DNA of 61,130 nt, counting the filler, from Nemertoderma westbladi (lineage: Eukaryota; Animalia; Xenacoelomorpha), in assembly GCA_032718475.1 (NCBI GenBank). It is 3 parts of 3 records of this genome, joined end to end, with 100 filler letters (N's around TTAATTAATTAA, not from the genome) between each part and the next. Parts side by side here need not be neighbours in the genome. Positions count along the whole stretch, not along the records: positions 19,515 to 48,579 come from JAUCBJ010002361.1; 2 more parts are not named here. One strand, written 5' to 3'. Position numbers and translations under genes: made by a program. Shown here one piece after another: positions 21,009-35,100 of this stretch (within the stretch, counting starts at the first letter, position 1; every line of letters begins with the position of its first letter). A model generated the notes under the pieces. That model had not been told where the DNA came from, did not search any database, and worked only from the letters and a program-made list of their open reading frames with translations.

Positions 21009-23898
21009 TCAGCCACGAGCAATTCTTACAGTAATGAACCTCTCGGTTCCTAACTAGTGACGGGCCTAGCGGCCCGATAAGGAACCGACTTTTTATTTTA
21101 AACTAGTGACGGGCCTAGCGGCCCGATAAGGAACCGACTTTTTATTTTAAATAAAAGAGACAACGAGAATTAGTATAGAACTAATAATTATGTAAAAATA
21201 CAATCATATTTCATACAATAATTATTAATAATTTCGATCTATTATTAGTTGCTCAATTCTAGAACAAAATCGACCTGCAACTAGTGAAGACCTCGTTTTG
21301 GAATTTCGAAACCACGCTGGTGCGATGCGCGATATCGTGTTTAGTTAATAAATTGAAAACTCCATCAGTTCATGTGCAACCAGTAATAAGAAATCGCGAT
21401 AAATGTAATTAAATAAAAATTATTCTAGAAAAATTTTCCTCAAAAAGTATGAAGTCTTGGCATTGGTGACGCGAAACTAGGCTAGTGAGATTCAGGATAT
21501 TGCGTTTAATATAAAAATAGAAAACGCAATCGAATTCCGTAAAGGCGTTAATAAAATACTGCAACTTTTTTGAAATTTGTAAAATTCTAGAACTAGAAAA
21601 AAATAATTTTTGAACGGCGCTGTTTGGGGTTTCAAAACATGGATAGGCTGAAAGAGGACATCGAATTAAGTTGAAAAATAAAAACCCCATCGAATTTGGA
21701 CAAAGCGTTCCGGAGTTATTGCGGATCGAAAAAAATTGACCCCCCCCAGTCGCCAAAAATTTACAGTAATTTAAAATTTTGCAAAAAAAATTTTTTGCGT
21801 TATTTTTGATGGCGAATCGATTGGCAGTACTGGCTACGAAAAATTTCTTTTTGAAATTTTTGGTCAGAAAAAAAAACATGGAAAAAGTATATTTTTAAAA
21901 AGATTTGTCTTTGCCTATGGTCAGAGAATGATCCAACTCTGTAACTTGGCAATCGCTCAAATCCATTCAGCTGAATGGCACAGTAGAGTAAACTAAAGTA
22001 AATTCCCTATAGAATGTTCTGAAGGGGAGACTGACAGAGAGTAATCAAACAATAAAACATTTTGCAATAATGTTGGCATTAATGTAGCCAACACACTGTG
22101 TACCTAAGTCATTCAGCTTACATTAGCAGATGAGATATTCCCATACAATGCATTGGGAAGAGTAATTCAGCTGAGGCGATATTAGATTTCAAACTAAACC
22201 AACCAGTTAATATTTGCTTTGACAGAGAGTGGTGGCCTATACAAACAGTATGGGTGTACTGAGTATAATAATCTTGGCAACCTCATCGATTTATTACTAA
22301 GCCTTGTGTAGAAATGCATTACATAAGCCATTTTTCACCAGGACACCAGCTGTTATTGGTGTTATTTTACCATTGCGCCTATGGCGTTTTTTCGTTTATA
22401 TCTATTTTTCGAACCGAGAGGTTCATTACTGTAAGAATTGTTTGCTGATTGATTGACTGGCTGACTGACTGATCTACAGCCAAAACTACTCTAACGATTT
22501 TGATGAAATTTTCACAGCGGCTAGATACCGCGATTCTAAGGTCCCTGGTATGTTCCGCTATTTCGTCCATGAGCCGTGGGCTCGAAAAATAGACATAAAC
22601 GAAAAAACGCCATAGGCGCAATGGTAAAATAACACCAATGACAGCTGGTGTCGTGATGAAAAATGGCTTATGTAATGCATTTCTACACAAGGCTTAGTAT
22701 AAATCGATGAGGTTGCCAAGATTATTGTACTTAGTACACCCATACTGTTTGTTTAGGCCCTGCACTCTCTGTCAAAGCAAACATTAAATGGTGGTTGGTT
22801 TAGTTTGAAATCTATTATCGCCTCAGCTGAATTACTCTTCCCAATGCATTCTATGAGAATATCTCACTCTGCTAATGTAAGCTGAATGACAGTTACGTAG
22901 ACAGTGAGTTGGCTACATTAATGCAACATTATTGCAAAATGTTTTATTGGTTGGATTACTCTCTGTCAGTCTCCCCTTCAGAACATTGTATAGGGAATTT
23001 ACTTTAGTTTACTCTAATGTGCCATTCAGCTGAATGGATTTGAGCGATTGCCAAGTTACAGAGTTGGATCATTCTCTGACCATAGGCAAAGACATCAAAT
23101 CTTTTTAAAAATATACTTTTTCTGTTTTTTTTTCTGACCAAAAATTTCAAAAAAAAATTTTTCGTAGCCAGTACTGCCAATCGATTCGCCATCAAAAATA
23201 ACGCAAAAAATTTTTTTTGCAAAATTTTAAATTACTGTAAATTTTTGGCGACTGGGGGGGGTCCATTTTTTTCGATCCGCTATAACTCCGGAACGCTTTG
23301 TCCAAATTCGATGGGGTTTTCATTTTTCAACTTAATTCGATGTCCTCTTTCAGCCTATCCATGTTTCCAAACCCCAAACAGCGCCGTTCAAAAATTAATT
23401 TTTTCCAGTTCTAGAATTTTACAAATTTCAAAAAAGTTGCAGTATTTTATTAACGCCTTTACGAAATTTGATAGCGTTTTCGATTTTTATATTAAACGCA
23501 ATATCCTGAATCTCACTAGCCTAGTTTCGCGTCACCAATGCCAAGACTTCATACTTTTTGAGGTAAATTTTTCTAGAATAATTTTTATTTAATTACATTT
23601 ATCGCGATTTCTTATTACTGGTTGCACATGAATTGATGGAGTTATCAATTTATTAACTAAACACGATATCGCGCATCGCACCAGCGTGGTTTCGAAATTC
23701 CAAAACGAGTTCTTCACTAGTTGCAGGTCGATTTTGTTCTAGAATTGAGCAACTAATAATAGATCGAATTTATTAATAATTATTGTATGAAATGTGATTG
23801 TATTTTTACATAATTATTAGTTCTATACTAATTCTCGTTGTCTCTTTTATTTAAAATAAAAAGTCGGTTCCTTATCGGGCCGCTAGGCCCGTCACTAG

Positions 23899-24993
23899 TT
23901 AGCAAGTCGTTAGACTTGATTACTGTAAGAATTGTTTGCTGATTGACTGGCTGGCTGACTGACTGGCTGATCTACAGCCAAAACTACTCTAACGATTTTG
24001 ATGAAATTTTCACAGCATCTAGATACCGCGATTCTAAGGTCCCTGGCATGATCGGCTACTCCGTCCATAGCCTCTGGGCTCGAAAAATAGAGATAAACGA
24101 AAAAACGCCATAGGCGCAATGGTAAAATAACACCCATGACAGCTGGTGTCCTGATGAAAAATGGCTTATGTAATGCATTTCTACACAAGGCTTAGTATAA
24201 ATCGATGAGGTTGCCAAGATTATTATACTTAGTACACTCATACTGTTTGTTTAGGCCCTACCAACCACTCTCTGGCAAAGCAAACATTAACTAGTTGGTT
24301 TGCTATTCTATAGGGAGCCACCTAACAAGGAAGTACATACAGTGCCAACTTTATAATCATTCACTGGGTTAGCCAGCTATTACAGCCTCAGCTGAATAAC
24401 TCTTCCCAATGCTTTCTATGGCGATCTACAAGGTTACTCTCTCTTCTATGTTAATTGACGTGTAAGCTGATTGACAGTTAGTTACACAGTGTGTTGGGTA
24501 CTATTGGATTGCACTGTATTTATAATAATAATTGTTTTATTTTTAAATCTTTCGGCCAACATTAATTCTGTGGAGGCAGTATGCTTATAAGGTGGAATGT
24601 TTACTCAGCCTCATACTGATACTCTGTAAGGCTAACACTAACATTATAGTTTGAAATATATATATCACTGCTTATTATCTGTATCAAGTTACACACTGTG
24701 GCATTCTAAATGTTTTATACTGTAGGTGATTGACATTAGTGCAAGCTGAATGACTGTTAGTTCCTTCAGACCATAAGCAAACATTAACATTGTTGAGGGA
24801 ATTTAGTTTAGTTCACTCTACTGTGCCATTCAACTGAATGAATTTGAGCAATTGCCAAATTACAGAGTGGGATCTCTCTCTGACCATAGGTAAATAGCAC
24901 TTCCATTCTGACCATAGGTAAACATTGTTGAGGGAATTTACATTTGATTGATGACTTCCGACTTGCTTAACGGCGTCTTGACGCCGTCTCTAG
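23899..24993 (+). mobile_element. HINE-like unit, terminal type B
   Basis: 5' ttAGCAAGTCGttagacttg; 3' CGACTTGCTta-acggcgtc-tt-gacgccgt-ctCTAG. Confidence 0.85.
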
Positions 24994-26437
24994 TTAGGAA
25001 CCGAGAGGTTCATTACTGTAAGAATTGTTAGCTGACTGGCTGGCTGGCTGATCTACAGCCAAAACTACTCTAACGATTTTGATGAAATTTTCACAGCATC
25101 TAGATACCGCGATTCTAAGGTCCCTGGCATGATCGGCTACTCCGTCCATAGCCTCTGGGCTCGAAAAATAGACATAAACGAAAAAACGCCATAGGCGCAA
25201 TGGTAAAATAACACCAATGACAGCTGGTGTCCTGCTGAAAAATGGCTTATGTAATGGATTTCTACACAAGGCTTAGTATAAATCGATGAGGTTGCCAAGA
25301 TTATTGTACTCAGTACATCCATACTGTTTGTTTAGGCCCTGCACTCTCTGTCAAAGCAAACATTATTAACTGGTTGGTTTAGTTTGAAATCTAATATCGC
25401 CTCAGCTGAATTACTCTTCCCAATGCGTTCTATGCGAATATCTCACTCTGCTAATGTAAGCTGAATGACTTAAGTACACAGTGTGTTGGCTACATTAATG
25501 CCAACATTATTGCAAAATGTTGGCGTACAATTTTATGGTTGGAATACTCTCTGCCAGTCTCCCCTTCAGAACATTGTATAGGGAATTTACTTTAGTTTAC
25601 TCTACTGTGCCATTCAGCTGAATGGATTTGAGCGATTGCCAAGTACAGAGTTGGATCATTCTCTGACCATAGGCAAAGACATCAAATCTTTTTAAAAATA
25701 TACTTTTTCCATGTTTTTTTTCTGACCAAAAATTTCAAAAAAAAATTTTCGTAGCCAGTACTGCCAATCGATTCGCCATCAAAAATAACGCAAAAAATTT
25801 TTTTTGCAAAATTTTAAATTACTGTAAATTTTTGGCGACTGGGGGGGGGTAAATTTTTTTCGATCCGCTATAACTCCTGAACGCTTTGTCCAAATTCGAT
25901 GGGGTTTTCATTTTTAAACTTAATTCGATGTCCTCTTTCAGCCTATCCATGTTTTGAAACCCCAAACAGCGCCGTTCAAAAATTATTTTTTTCTAGTTCT
26001 AGAATTTTACAAATTTCAAAAAAGTTGCAGTATTTTATTAACGCCTTTACGGAATTCGATAGCGTTTTCGATTTTTATATTAAACGCAATATCCTGAATC
26101 TCACTAGCCTAGTTTCGCGTCACCAATGCCAAGACTTCATACTTTTTGAGGAAAATTTTTCTAGAATAATTTTTAATTAATTACATTTATAGTGATTTCT
26201 TATTACTGGTTGCACATGAATTGATGGAGTTTTCACTTTATTAACTAAACACGATATCGCGCATCGCACCAGCGTGGTTTCGAAATTCCAAAACGAGGTC
26301 TTCACTAGTTGCAGGTCGATTTTGTTCTAGAATTGAACAACTAATAATAGATCGAATTTATTAATAATTATTGTATGAAATATGATTGTATTTTTACATA
26401 AATATTAGTTCTATACGAATTCTCGTTGTCTCTTTTA

Positions 26438-27577
26438 TTAGCAAGTCGTAAGACTTGATTACTGTAAGAAAAAAAAGCTACTGACTACTGACTACTGACT
26501 ACTGACTACTGGCTACTGACCTAGAGCAAAAACGGCTCTAACGATTTTGATGAAATTTTGCATGGACCATGAAAATGGATTTCTAAGGGTACTTGTGAAA
26601 TCGCGGTTTAAATTGAAACATCTCAACTTGTTTTATTTCGAAAAATAGCCCCAAAACACTAAAATTGCCATAGGCGCAATGATAAAACACCAGCTGGCAC
26701 TCATGAAAAATGTATAGAGATGGCCTGGTAATGCATTCAATAGGAAGGCCAACTAACAAAGAAGTACTTTCTCTGCCAAGTTTTATTATCACTCTACTAT
26801 ACAACCCAGACAGTAAGCAAACATTAATTTGTTTAACTGGCTATTACAGTTTCAGCTGAATAACTCTTCCCAATGCATCCTTGCTATGTTAATTAATTGG
26901 CGTGCAAGCTAAATGACTGTTAGTTAAACAGTGTGTTGGCTACACAGTGTATTGTACTATGCTCTCATCGCATTATTGTTTTATTTGGAAATCTTTGTGC
27001 CAACATTAATACTGTGGAGGCTGTATGCTTATAAGGCTGAATATTTACTCAGCCTCAAAATGATTCTCCATAAGGCTAACATTATTGTTTGAAATATAAA
27101 AATCTGTTATAATAATAATATAATGTTATATTTAATTAATATCGTGGTTTACATTGAACAGTGTAAATTGTTAATCGCGGTTTACATTGAAACATCTCAA
27201 CTTGTTTTATTTATTACAAAAATAAGAACGAATTTGTCTTATCACTTCTTGTGCGCGATTGTATTGAATTCATGACAACTGCTGTTATTGTTATTAATCA
27301 ATTGACACCTCGACTCCTCTCTGAGACTCCGACTACTCTATCCGATAGAATAAAATAATCATTTCGCTAACTGCTATCTATCTTCTATAATCACAACAGC
27401 TTTTATAATTCATTAGATGATTACAACATAATAATTATAGTTTGAAGTTGTCTAGAAAAATTTTTGTACACCACCGGGACTACGCCCACGCTAATTTATC
27501 AGATAGAACAAAAAGCGTTTACTTGATTCGTACTGTCTCCTACGACTTGCTTCACGGGCCGCTAGGCCCGTCTCTAG
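26438..27577 (+). mobile_element. HINE-like unit, type B', nested in the 3' end of a type A unit
   Basis: 5' ttAGCAAGTCGTAagacttg; 3' TACGACTTGCTtca-cgggcc-gcta-ggcccg-tctCTAG. The host 3' end resumes at 27578 (tttaaaataaaaagtcggttcc). Confidence 0.85.
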
Positions 27578-29146
27578 TTTAAAATAAAAAGTCGGTTCCT
27601 TATCGGGCCGCTAGGCCCGTCACTAGTTAGGAACCGAGAGGTTCATTACTGTAAGAATTGCTCGTGGCTGACTGGCTGGCTGATCTACAGCCAAAACTAC
27701 TCTAACGATTTTGATGAAATTTTAACAGCATCTAGATACCGCGATTCTAAGGTCCCTGGCATGATCGGCTACTCCGTCCATAGCCTCTGGGCTCGAAAAA
27801 TAGAGAACGAAAAAACGCCATAGGCGCAATAGTAAAATAACACCAATGACAGCTGGTGTCCTGATGAAAAATGGCTTATGTAATGCATTTCTACACAAGG
27901 CTTAGTAATAAATCGATGAGGTTGCCAAGATTATTATACTCAGTACACCCATACTGTTTGTATAGGCCACCACTCTCTGTCAAAGCAAATATTAACTGGT
28001 TGCTTTAGTTTGAAATCTAATATCGCCTCAGCTGAATTACTCTTCCCAATGCATTGTATGGGAATATCTCACTCTGCTAATGTAAGCTGAATGACTGTTA
28101 CTTACACAGTGAGTTGGCTACATTAATGCCAACATTATTGCAAAATGTTTTATTGTTGGATTACTCTCTGTCAGTCACCCCTTCAGAACATTGTATAGGG
28201 AACTTACTTTAGTTTACTCTACTGTGCCATTCAGCTGAATGGATTGGAGCGATTGCCAAGTTACAGAGTTGGATCATTCTCTGACCATAGGCAAAGACAT
28301 CAAATGTTTTTAAAAATATACTTTTTCCATGTTTTTTTTTCTGACCAAAAATTTCAAAAAAAAATTTTTCGTAGCCAGTACTGCCAATCGATTCGCCATC
28401 AAAAATAACGCAAAAAATTTTTTTTGCAAAATTTTAAATTACTGTAAATTTTTGGCGACTGGGGGGGGTCAATTTTTTTCGATCCGCTATAACTCCGGAA
28501 TGCTTTGTCCAAATTCGATGGGGTTTTCATTTTTCAACTTAATTTGATGTCCTCTTTCAGCCTATCCATGTTTCCAAACCCCAAACAGCGCCGTTCAAAA
28601 ATTAATTTTTTCCAGTTCTAGAATTTTACAAATTTCAAAAAAGTTGCAGTATTTTATTAACCCCTTTACGGAATTCGATAGCGTTTTCGATTTTTATATT
28701 AAACGCAATATCCTGAATCTCACTAGCCTAGTTTCGCGTCACCAACGCCAAGACTTCATACTTTTTGAGGAAAATTTTTCTAGAATAATTTTTATTTAAT
28801 TACATTTATCGCGATTTCTTATTACTGGTTGCACTTGAATTGATGGAGTTTTCAATTTATTAACTAAACACGATATCGCGCATCGCACCAGCGTGGTTTC
28901 GAAATTCCAAAACGAGGTCTTCACTAGTTGCAGGTCAATTTTGTTCTAGAATTGAGTAACTAATAATAGATCGAATTTATTTAATTATTGTATGAAATAA
29001 GATTGTATTTTTACATAATTATTAGTTCTATAATAATTCTCGTTGTCTCTTTTATTTGAAATAAAAAGTCGGTTCCTTATCGGGCCGCTAGGCCCGTCAC
29101 TAGTTAGGAACCGAGAGGTTCATTACTGTAAGAATTGTTTGCTGAT

Positions 29147-29187
<41 letters not shown>

Positions 29188-32100
29188 AATCTACAGCCAA
29201 AACTACTCTAACGATTTTGATGAAATTTTCACAGCGGCTAGATACCGCGATTCTAAGGTCCCTGGTATGTTCCGCTATTTCGTCCATGAGCCGTGGGCTC
29301 GAAAAATAGACATAAACGAAAAAACGCCATAGGCGCAATGGTAAAATAACACCAATGACAGCTGGTGTCCTCATGGAAAAATGGCTTATGTAATGCATTT
29401 CTACACAAGGCTTAGTATAAATCGATGAGGTTGCCAAGATTATTGTACTCAGTACACCCATACTGTTTGTTTAGGCCCTAGGACACTCTGTCAAAGCAAA
29501 TATTAACTGGTTGGTTTAGTTAATAGCCTCAGCTGAATTACTCTTCCCAATGCATTCTATGCGAATATCTCCCTCTGCTAATGTAAGCTGAATGACTTTA
29601 GTACACAGTGTGTTGGCTACATTAATGCCAACATTATTGCAAAATGTTTTATTGTTGTATTACTCTCTGTCAGTCTCCCCTTCAGAACATTGTATAGGGA
29701 ATTTACTTTAGTTTACTCTACTGTGCCATTCAGCTGAATGGATTTGAGCGATTGCCAAGTACAGAGTTGGATCATTCTCTGACCATAGGCAAAGACATCA
29801 AATCTTTTTAAGAATATACTTTTTCCATGTTTTTTTTTCTGACCAAAAATTTCAAAAAAAATTTTTCGTAGCCAGTACTGCCAATCGATTCGCCATCAAA
29901 AATAACGCAAAAAAATTTTTTTGCAAAATTTTAAATTACTGTAAATTTTTGGCGACTGGGGGGGGTCAATTTTTTTCGATCCGCTATAACTCCGGAACGC
30001 TTTGTCCAAATTCGATGGGGTTTTCATTTTTCAACTTAATTCGATGTCCTCTTTCAGCCTATCCATGTTTCGAAACCCCAAACAGCGCCGTTCAAAAATT
30101 ATTTTTTTCTAGTTCTAGAATTTTACAAATTTCAAAAAAGTTGCAGTATTTTATTAATGCCTTTACGGAATTCGATAGCGTTTTCGATTTTTATATTAAA
30201 CGCAATATCCTGAATCTCACTAGCCTAGTTTCGCGTCACCAATGCCAAGATTTCATACTTTTTGAGGAAAATTTTTCTAGAATAATTTTTATTTAATTAC
30301 ATTTATCGCGATTTCTTATTACTGATTGCACATGAATTGATGGAGTTTTCAATTTATTAACTAAACACGATATCGCGCATCGCACCAGCGTGGTTTCGAA
30401 ATTCCAAAACGAGGTCTTCACTAGTTGCAGGTCGATTTTGTTCTAGAATTGAGCAACTAATAATGGATCGAATTTATTAATAATTATTGTATGAAATATG
30501 ATTGTATTTTTAGATAATTATTAGTTCTATACTAATTCTCGTTGTCTCTTTTATTTAATAAAATAAAAAGTCGGTTCCTTATCGGGCCGCTAGGCCCGTC
30601 ACTAGTTAGGAACCGAGAGGTTCATTACTGTAAGAATTGTTGGCTGATTGATTGACTGGCTGGTTAATCTATAGCCAAAACTACTCTAACGATTTTGATG
30701 AAATTTTCACAGCGGCTGGATACCGCGATTCTAAGGTCCCTGGTATGTTCCGCTATTTCGTCCATGAGCCGTGGGCTCGAAAAATAGACATAAACGAAAA
30801 AACGCCATAGGCGCAATGGTAAAATAACACCAATAACAGCTGGTGTCATGATGAAAAATGGCTTATGTAATGGATTTCTACACAAGGCTTAGTATAAATC
30901 GATGAGGTTGCCAAGATTATTGTACTTAGTACACCCATACTGTTTGTTTAGGCCCTAGGACACTCTGTCAAAGCAAATATTAACTGGTTGGTTTAGTTTG
31001 AAATCTATTATTGCCTCAGCTGAATTACTCTTCCCAATGCGCACTCTATGGGAATATCTCCCTCTGCTAATGTAAGCTGAATGACTTAAGTACACAGTGA
31101 GTTGGCTACATTAATGTCAACATTATTGCAAAATGTTTTATTGTTGGACTCTCTGTCAGTCTCCCCTTCAGAACATTGTATAGGGAATATACTTTAGTTT
31201 ACTCTACTGTGCCATTCAGCTGAATGGATATGAGCGATTGCCAAGTTACAGAGTTGGATCATTCTCTGACCATAGGCAAAGACATCAAATCTTTTTAAAA
31301 AGATACTTTTTCCATGTTTTATTTTCTGACCAAAAATTTCAATAAAATTTTTTCATAGCCAGTACTGTCAATCGATTTGCCATCAAAAATAACGCAAAAA
31401 AATTTTTTTTGCAAAATTTTAAATTACTGTAAATTTTTGGCGACTGGGGGGGGTAAATTTTTTTCGATCCGCTATAACTCCGGAACGCTTTGTCCAAATT
31501 CGATGGGGTTTTTATTTTTCAACTTAATTCGATGTCCTCTTTCAGTCTATCCATGTTTCGAAACCCCAAACAGCGCCGTTCAAAATTTAATTTTTTCTAG
31601 TTCTAGAATTTTACAAATTTCAAAAAAGTTGCAGTATTTTATTAACGCCTTTACGGAATTCGATAGCGTTTTCGATTCTTATATTAAACGCAATATCCTG
31701 AATCTCACAAGCCTAGTTTCGCGTCACCAACGCCAAGACTTCATACTTTTTGAAGAAAATTTTTCTAGAATAATTTTTATTTAATTACTTTTATCGCGAT
31801 TTCTTATTACTGGTTGCACATGAATTGATGGAGTTTTCAATTTATTAACTAAACACGATATCGCGTATCGCACCAGCGTGGTTTTAAAATTCCAAAACGA
31901 GGTCTTCACTAGTTGCAGGTCGATTTTGTTCTAGAATTGAGCAACTAATAATAGATCGAATTTATTAATAATTATTGTATGGAATATGATTGTATTTGTA
32001 CATAATTATTAGTTCTATACTAATTCTCGTTGTCTCTTTTATTTAAAATAAAAAGTCGGTTCCTTATCGGGCCGCTAGGCCCGTCACTAGTTAGGAACCG

Positions 32101-35100
32101 AGAGGTTCATTACTGTAAGAATTGTTGGTGGCTGGCTGGTTAATCTATAGCCAAAACTACTCTAACGATTTTGATGAAATTTTCACAGCGGCTGGATACC
32201 GCGATTCTAAGGTCCCTGGTATGTTCCGCTATTTCGTCCATGAGCCGTGGGCTCGAAAAATAGACATAAACGAAAAAACGCCATAGGCGCAATGGTAAAA
32301 TAACACCAATAACAGCTGGTGTCGTGATGAAAAATGGCTTATGTAATGGATTTCTACACAAGGCTTAGTATAAATCGATGAGGTTGCCAAGATTATTGTA
32401 CTTAGTACACCCATACTGTTTGTTTAGGCCCTAGGACACTCTGTCAAAGCAAATATTAACTGGTTGGTTTAGTTTGAAATCTATTATTGCCTCAGCTGAA
32501 TTACTCTTCCCAATGCGCACTCTATGGGAATATCTCCCTCTGCTAATGTAAGCTGAATGACTTAAGTACACAGTGAGTTGGCTACATTAATGTCAACATT
32601 ATTGCAAAATGTTTTATTGTTGGACTCTCTGTCAGTCTCCCCTTCAGAACATTGTATAGGGAATATACTTTAGTTTACTCTACTGTGCCATTCAGCTGAA
32701 TGGATTTGAGCGATTGCCAAGTTACAGAGTTGGATCATTCTCTGACCATAGGCAAAGACATCAAATCTTTTTAAGAATATACTTTTTCCATGTTTTTTTT
32801 TCTGACCAAAAATTTCAAAAAAATTTTTTCGTAGCCAGTACTGCCAATCGATTCGCCATCAAAAATAACGCAAAAAATTTTTTTTGCAAAATTTTAAATT
32901 ACTGTAAATTTTTGGCGACTGGGGGGGGGGTCAATTTTTTTCGATCCGCTATAACTCCGGAACGCTTTGTCCAAATTCGATGGGGTTTTCATTTTTCAAC
33001 TTAATTCGATGTTCTCTTTCAGTCTATCCATGTTTCGAAACCCCAAACAGCGCCGTTCAAAAATTATTTTTTTCTAGTTCTAGAATTTTACAAATTTCAA
33101 AAAAGTTGCAGTATTTTATTAACGCCTTTACGGAATTCGATAGCGTTTTCGATTTTTATATTAAACGCAATATCCTGAATCTCACTAGCCTAGTTTCGCG
33201 TCACCAATGCCAAGATTTCATACTTTTTGAGGAAAATTTTTCTAGAATAATTTTTATTTAATTACATTTATCGCGATTTCTTATTACTGATTGCACATGA
33301 ATTGATGGAGTTTTCAATTTATTAACTAAACACGATATCGCGCATCGCACCAGCGTGGTTTCGAAATTCCAAAACGAGGTCTTCACTAGTTGCAGGTCGA
33401 TTTTGTTCTAGAATTGAGCAACTAATAATGGATCGAATTTATTAATAATTATTGTATGAAATATGATTGTATTTTTAGATAATTATTAGTTCTATACTAA
33501 TTCTCGTTGTCTCTTTTATTTAAAATAAAAAGTCGGTTCCTTATCGGGCCGCTAGGCCCGTCACTAGTTAGGAACCGAGAGGTTCATTACTGTAAGAATT
33601 GTTGGCTGATTGATTGACTGGCTGACTGGCTGGCTGGCTGGCTAATCCATAGCCAAAACTACTCTAACAATTTTGATGAAATTTTCACAGCGGCTGGATA
33701 CCACGATTCTAAGGTCCCTGGTATGTTCCGCTATTTCGTCCATGAGCCGTGGGCTCGAAAAATAGGGATAAACGAAAAAACGCCATAGGCGCAATGGTAA
33801 AATATCACCCATGACAGCTGGTGTCCTGATGAAAAATGGCTTATGTAATGGATTTCTACACAAGGCTTAGTATAAATCGATGAGGTTGCCAAGATTATTG
33901 TACTTAGTACACCCATACTGTTTGTTTAGGCCCTGCACTCTCTGTCAAAGCAAATATTAACTGGTTGATTTAGTTTGTGGTTCTACACAGGCTTAGTATA
34001 AATCGATGAGGCTGCCAACTGGTTGGTTTAGTTTGCAATCTATTACCGCCTCAGCTGAATAACTCTTCCCCCTTCTGAATGACTATTAGGTATACAGTGT
34101 ATCGGCTACATTAATGCCAACATTATTGCAAAATGTTTTATTGTTTGATTACTCTCTGTCAGTCTCCCCTTCAGAACATTGTATAGGAAATTTACTTTAG
34201 TTTACTCTACTGTGCCATTCAGCTGAATGGATTTGAGCGATTGCCAAGTTACAGAGTTGGATCATTCTCTGACCATAGGCAAAGGCAAATCTTGTTAAAA
34301 TATACTTTTTCCATGATTTTTTTTCTGACCAAAAATTTCAAAAAAAATTTTTCGTAGCCAGTACTGCCAATCGATTCGCCATCAAAAATAACGCCAAAAA
34401 ATTTTTTTGCAAAATTTTAAATTACTGTAAATTTTTGGCGACTGGGGGGGGTAAATTTTTTTCGATCCGCTATAACTCCGGAACGCTTTGTCCAAATTCG
34501 ATGGGGTTTTCATTTTTCAACTTAATTCGATGTCCTCTTTCAGCCTATCCATGTTTCGAAACCCCAAACACCGCCGTTCAAAAATAAATTTTTTCTCGTT
34601 CTAGAATTTTACAAATTTCAAAAAAGTTGCAGTATTTTATTAACGCCTTTACGGAATTCGATAGCGTTTTCGATTTTTATATTAAACGCAATATCCTGAA
34701 TCTCACTAGCCTAGTTTCGCGTCACCAATGCCAAGACTTCATACCTTTTGAGGAAAATTTTTCTAGAATAATTTTTATTTAATTACATTTATCGCGATTT
34801 CTTATTACTGGATGCACATGAATTGATGGAGTTATCAATTTATTAACTAAACACGATATCGCGCATCGCACCAGCGTGGTTTCGAAATTTCAAAACGAGG
34901 TCTTCACTAGTTGCAGGTCGATTTTGTTCTAGAATGGAGCAACTAATAATAGATCGAATTTATTAATAATTATTGTATGAAATATGATTGTATTTTTACA
35001 TAATTATTAGTTCTATACTAATTCTCGTTGTCTCTTTTATTTAAAATAAAAAGTCGGTTCCTTATCGGGCCGCTAGGCCCGTCACTAGTCAGGAACCGAG

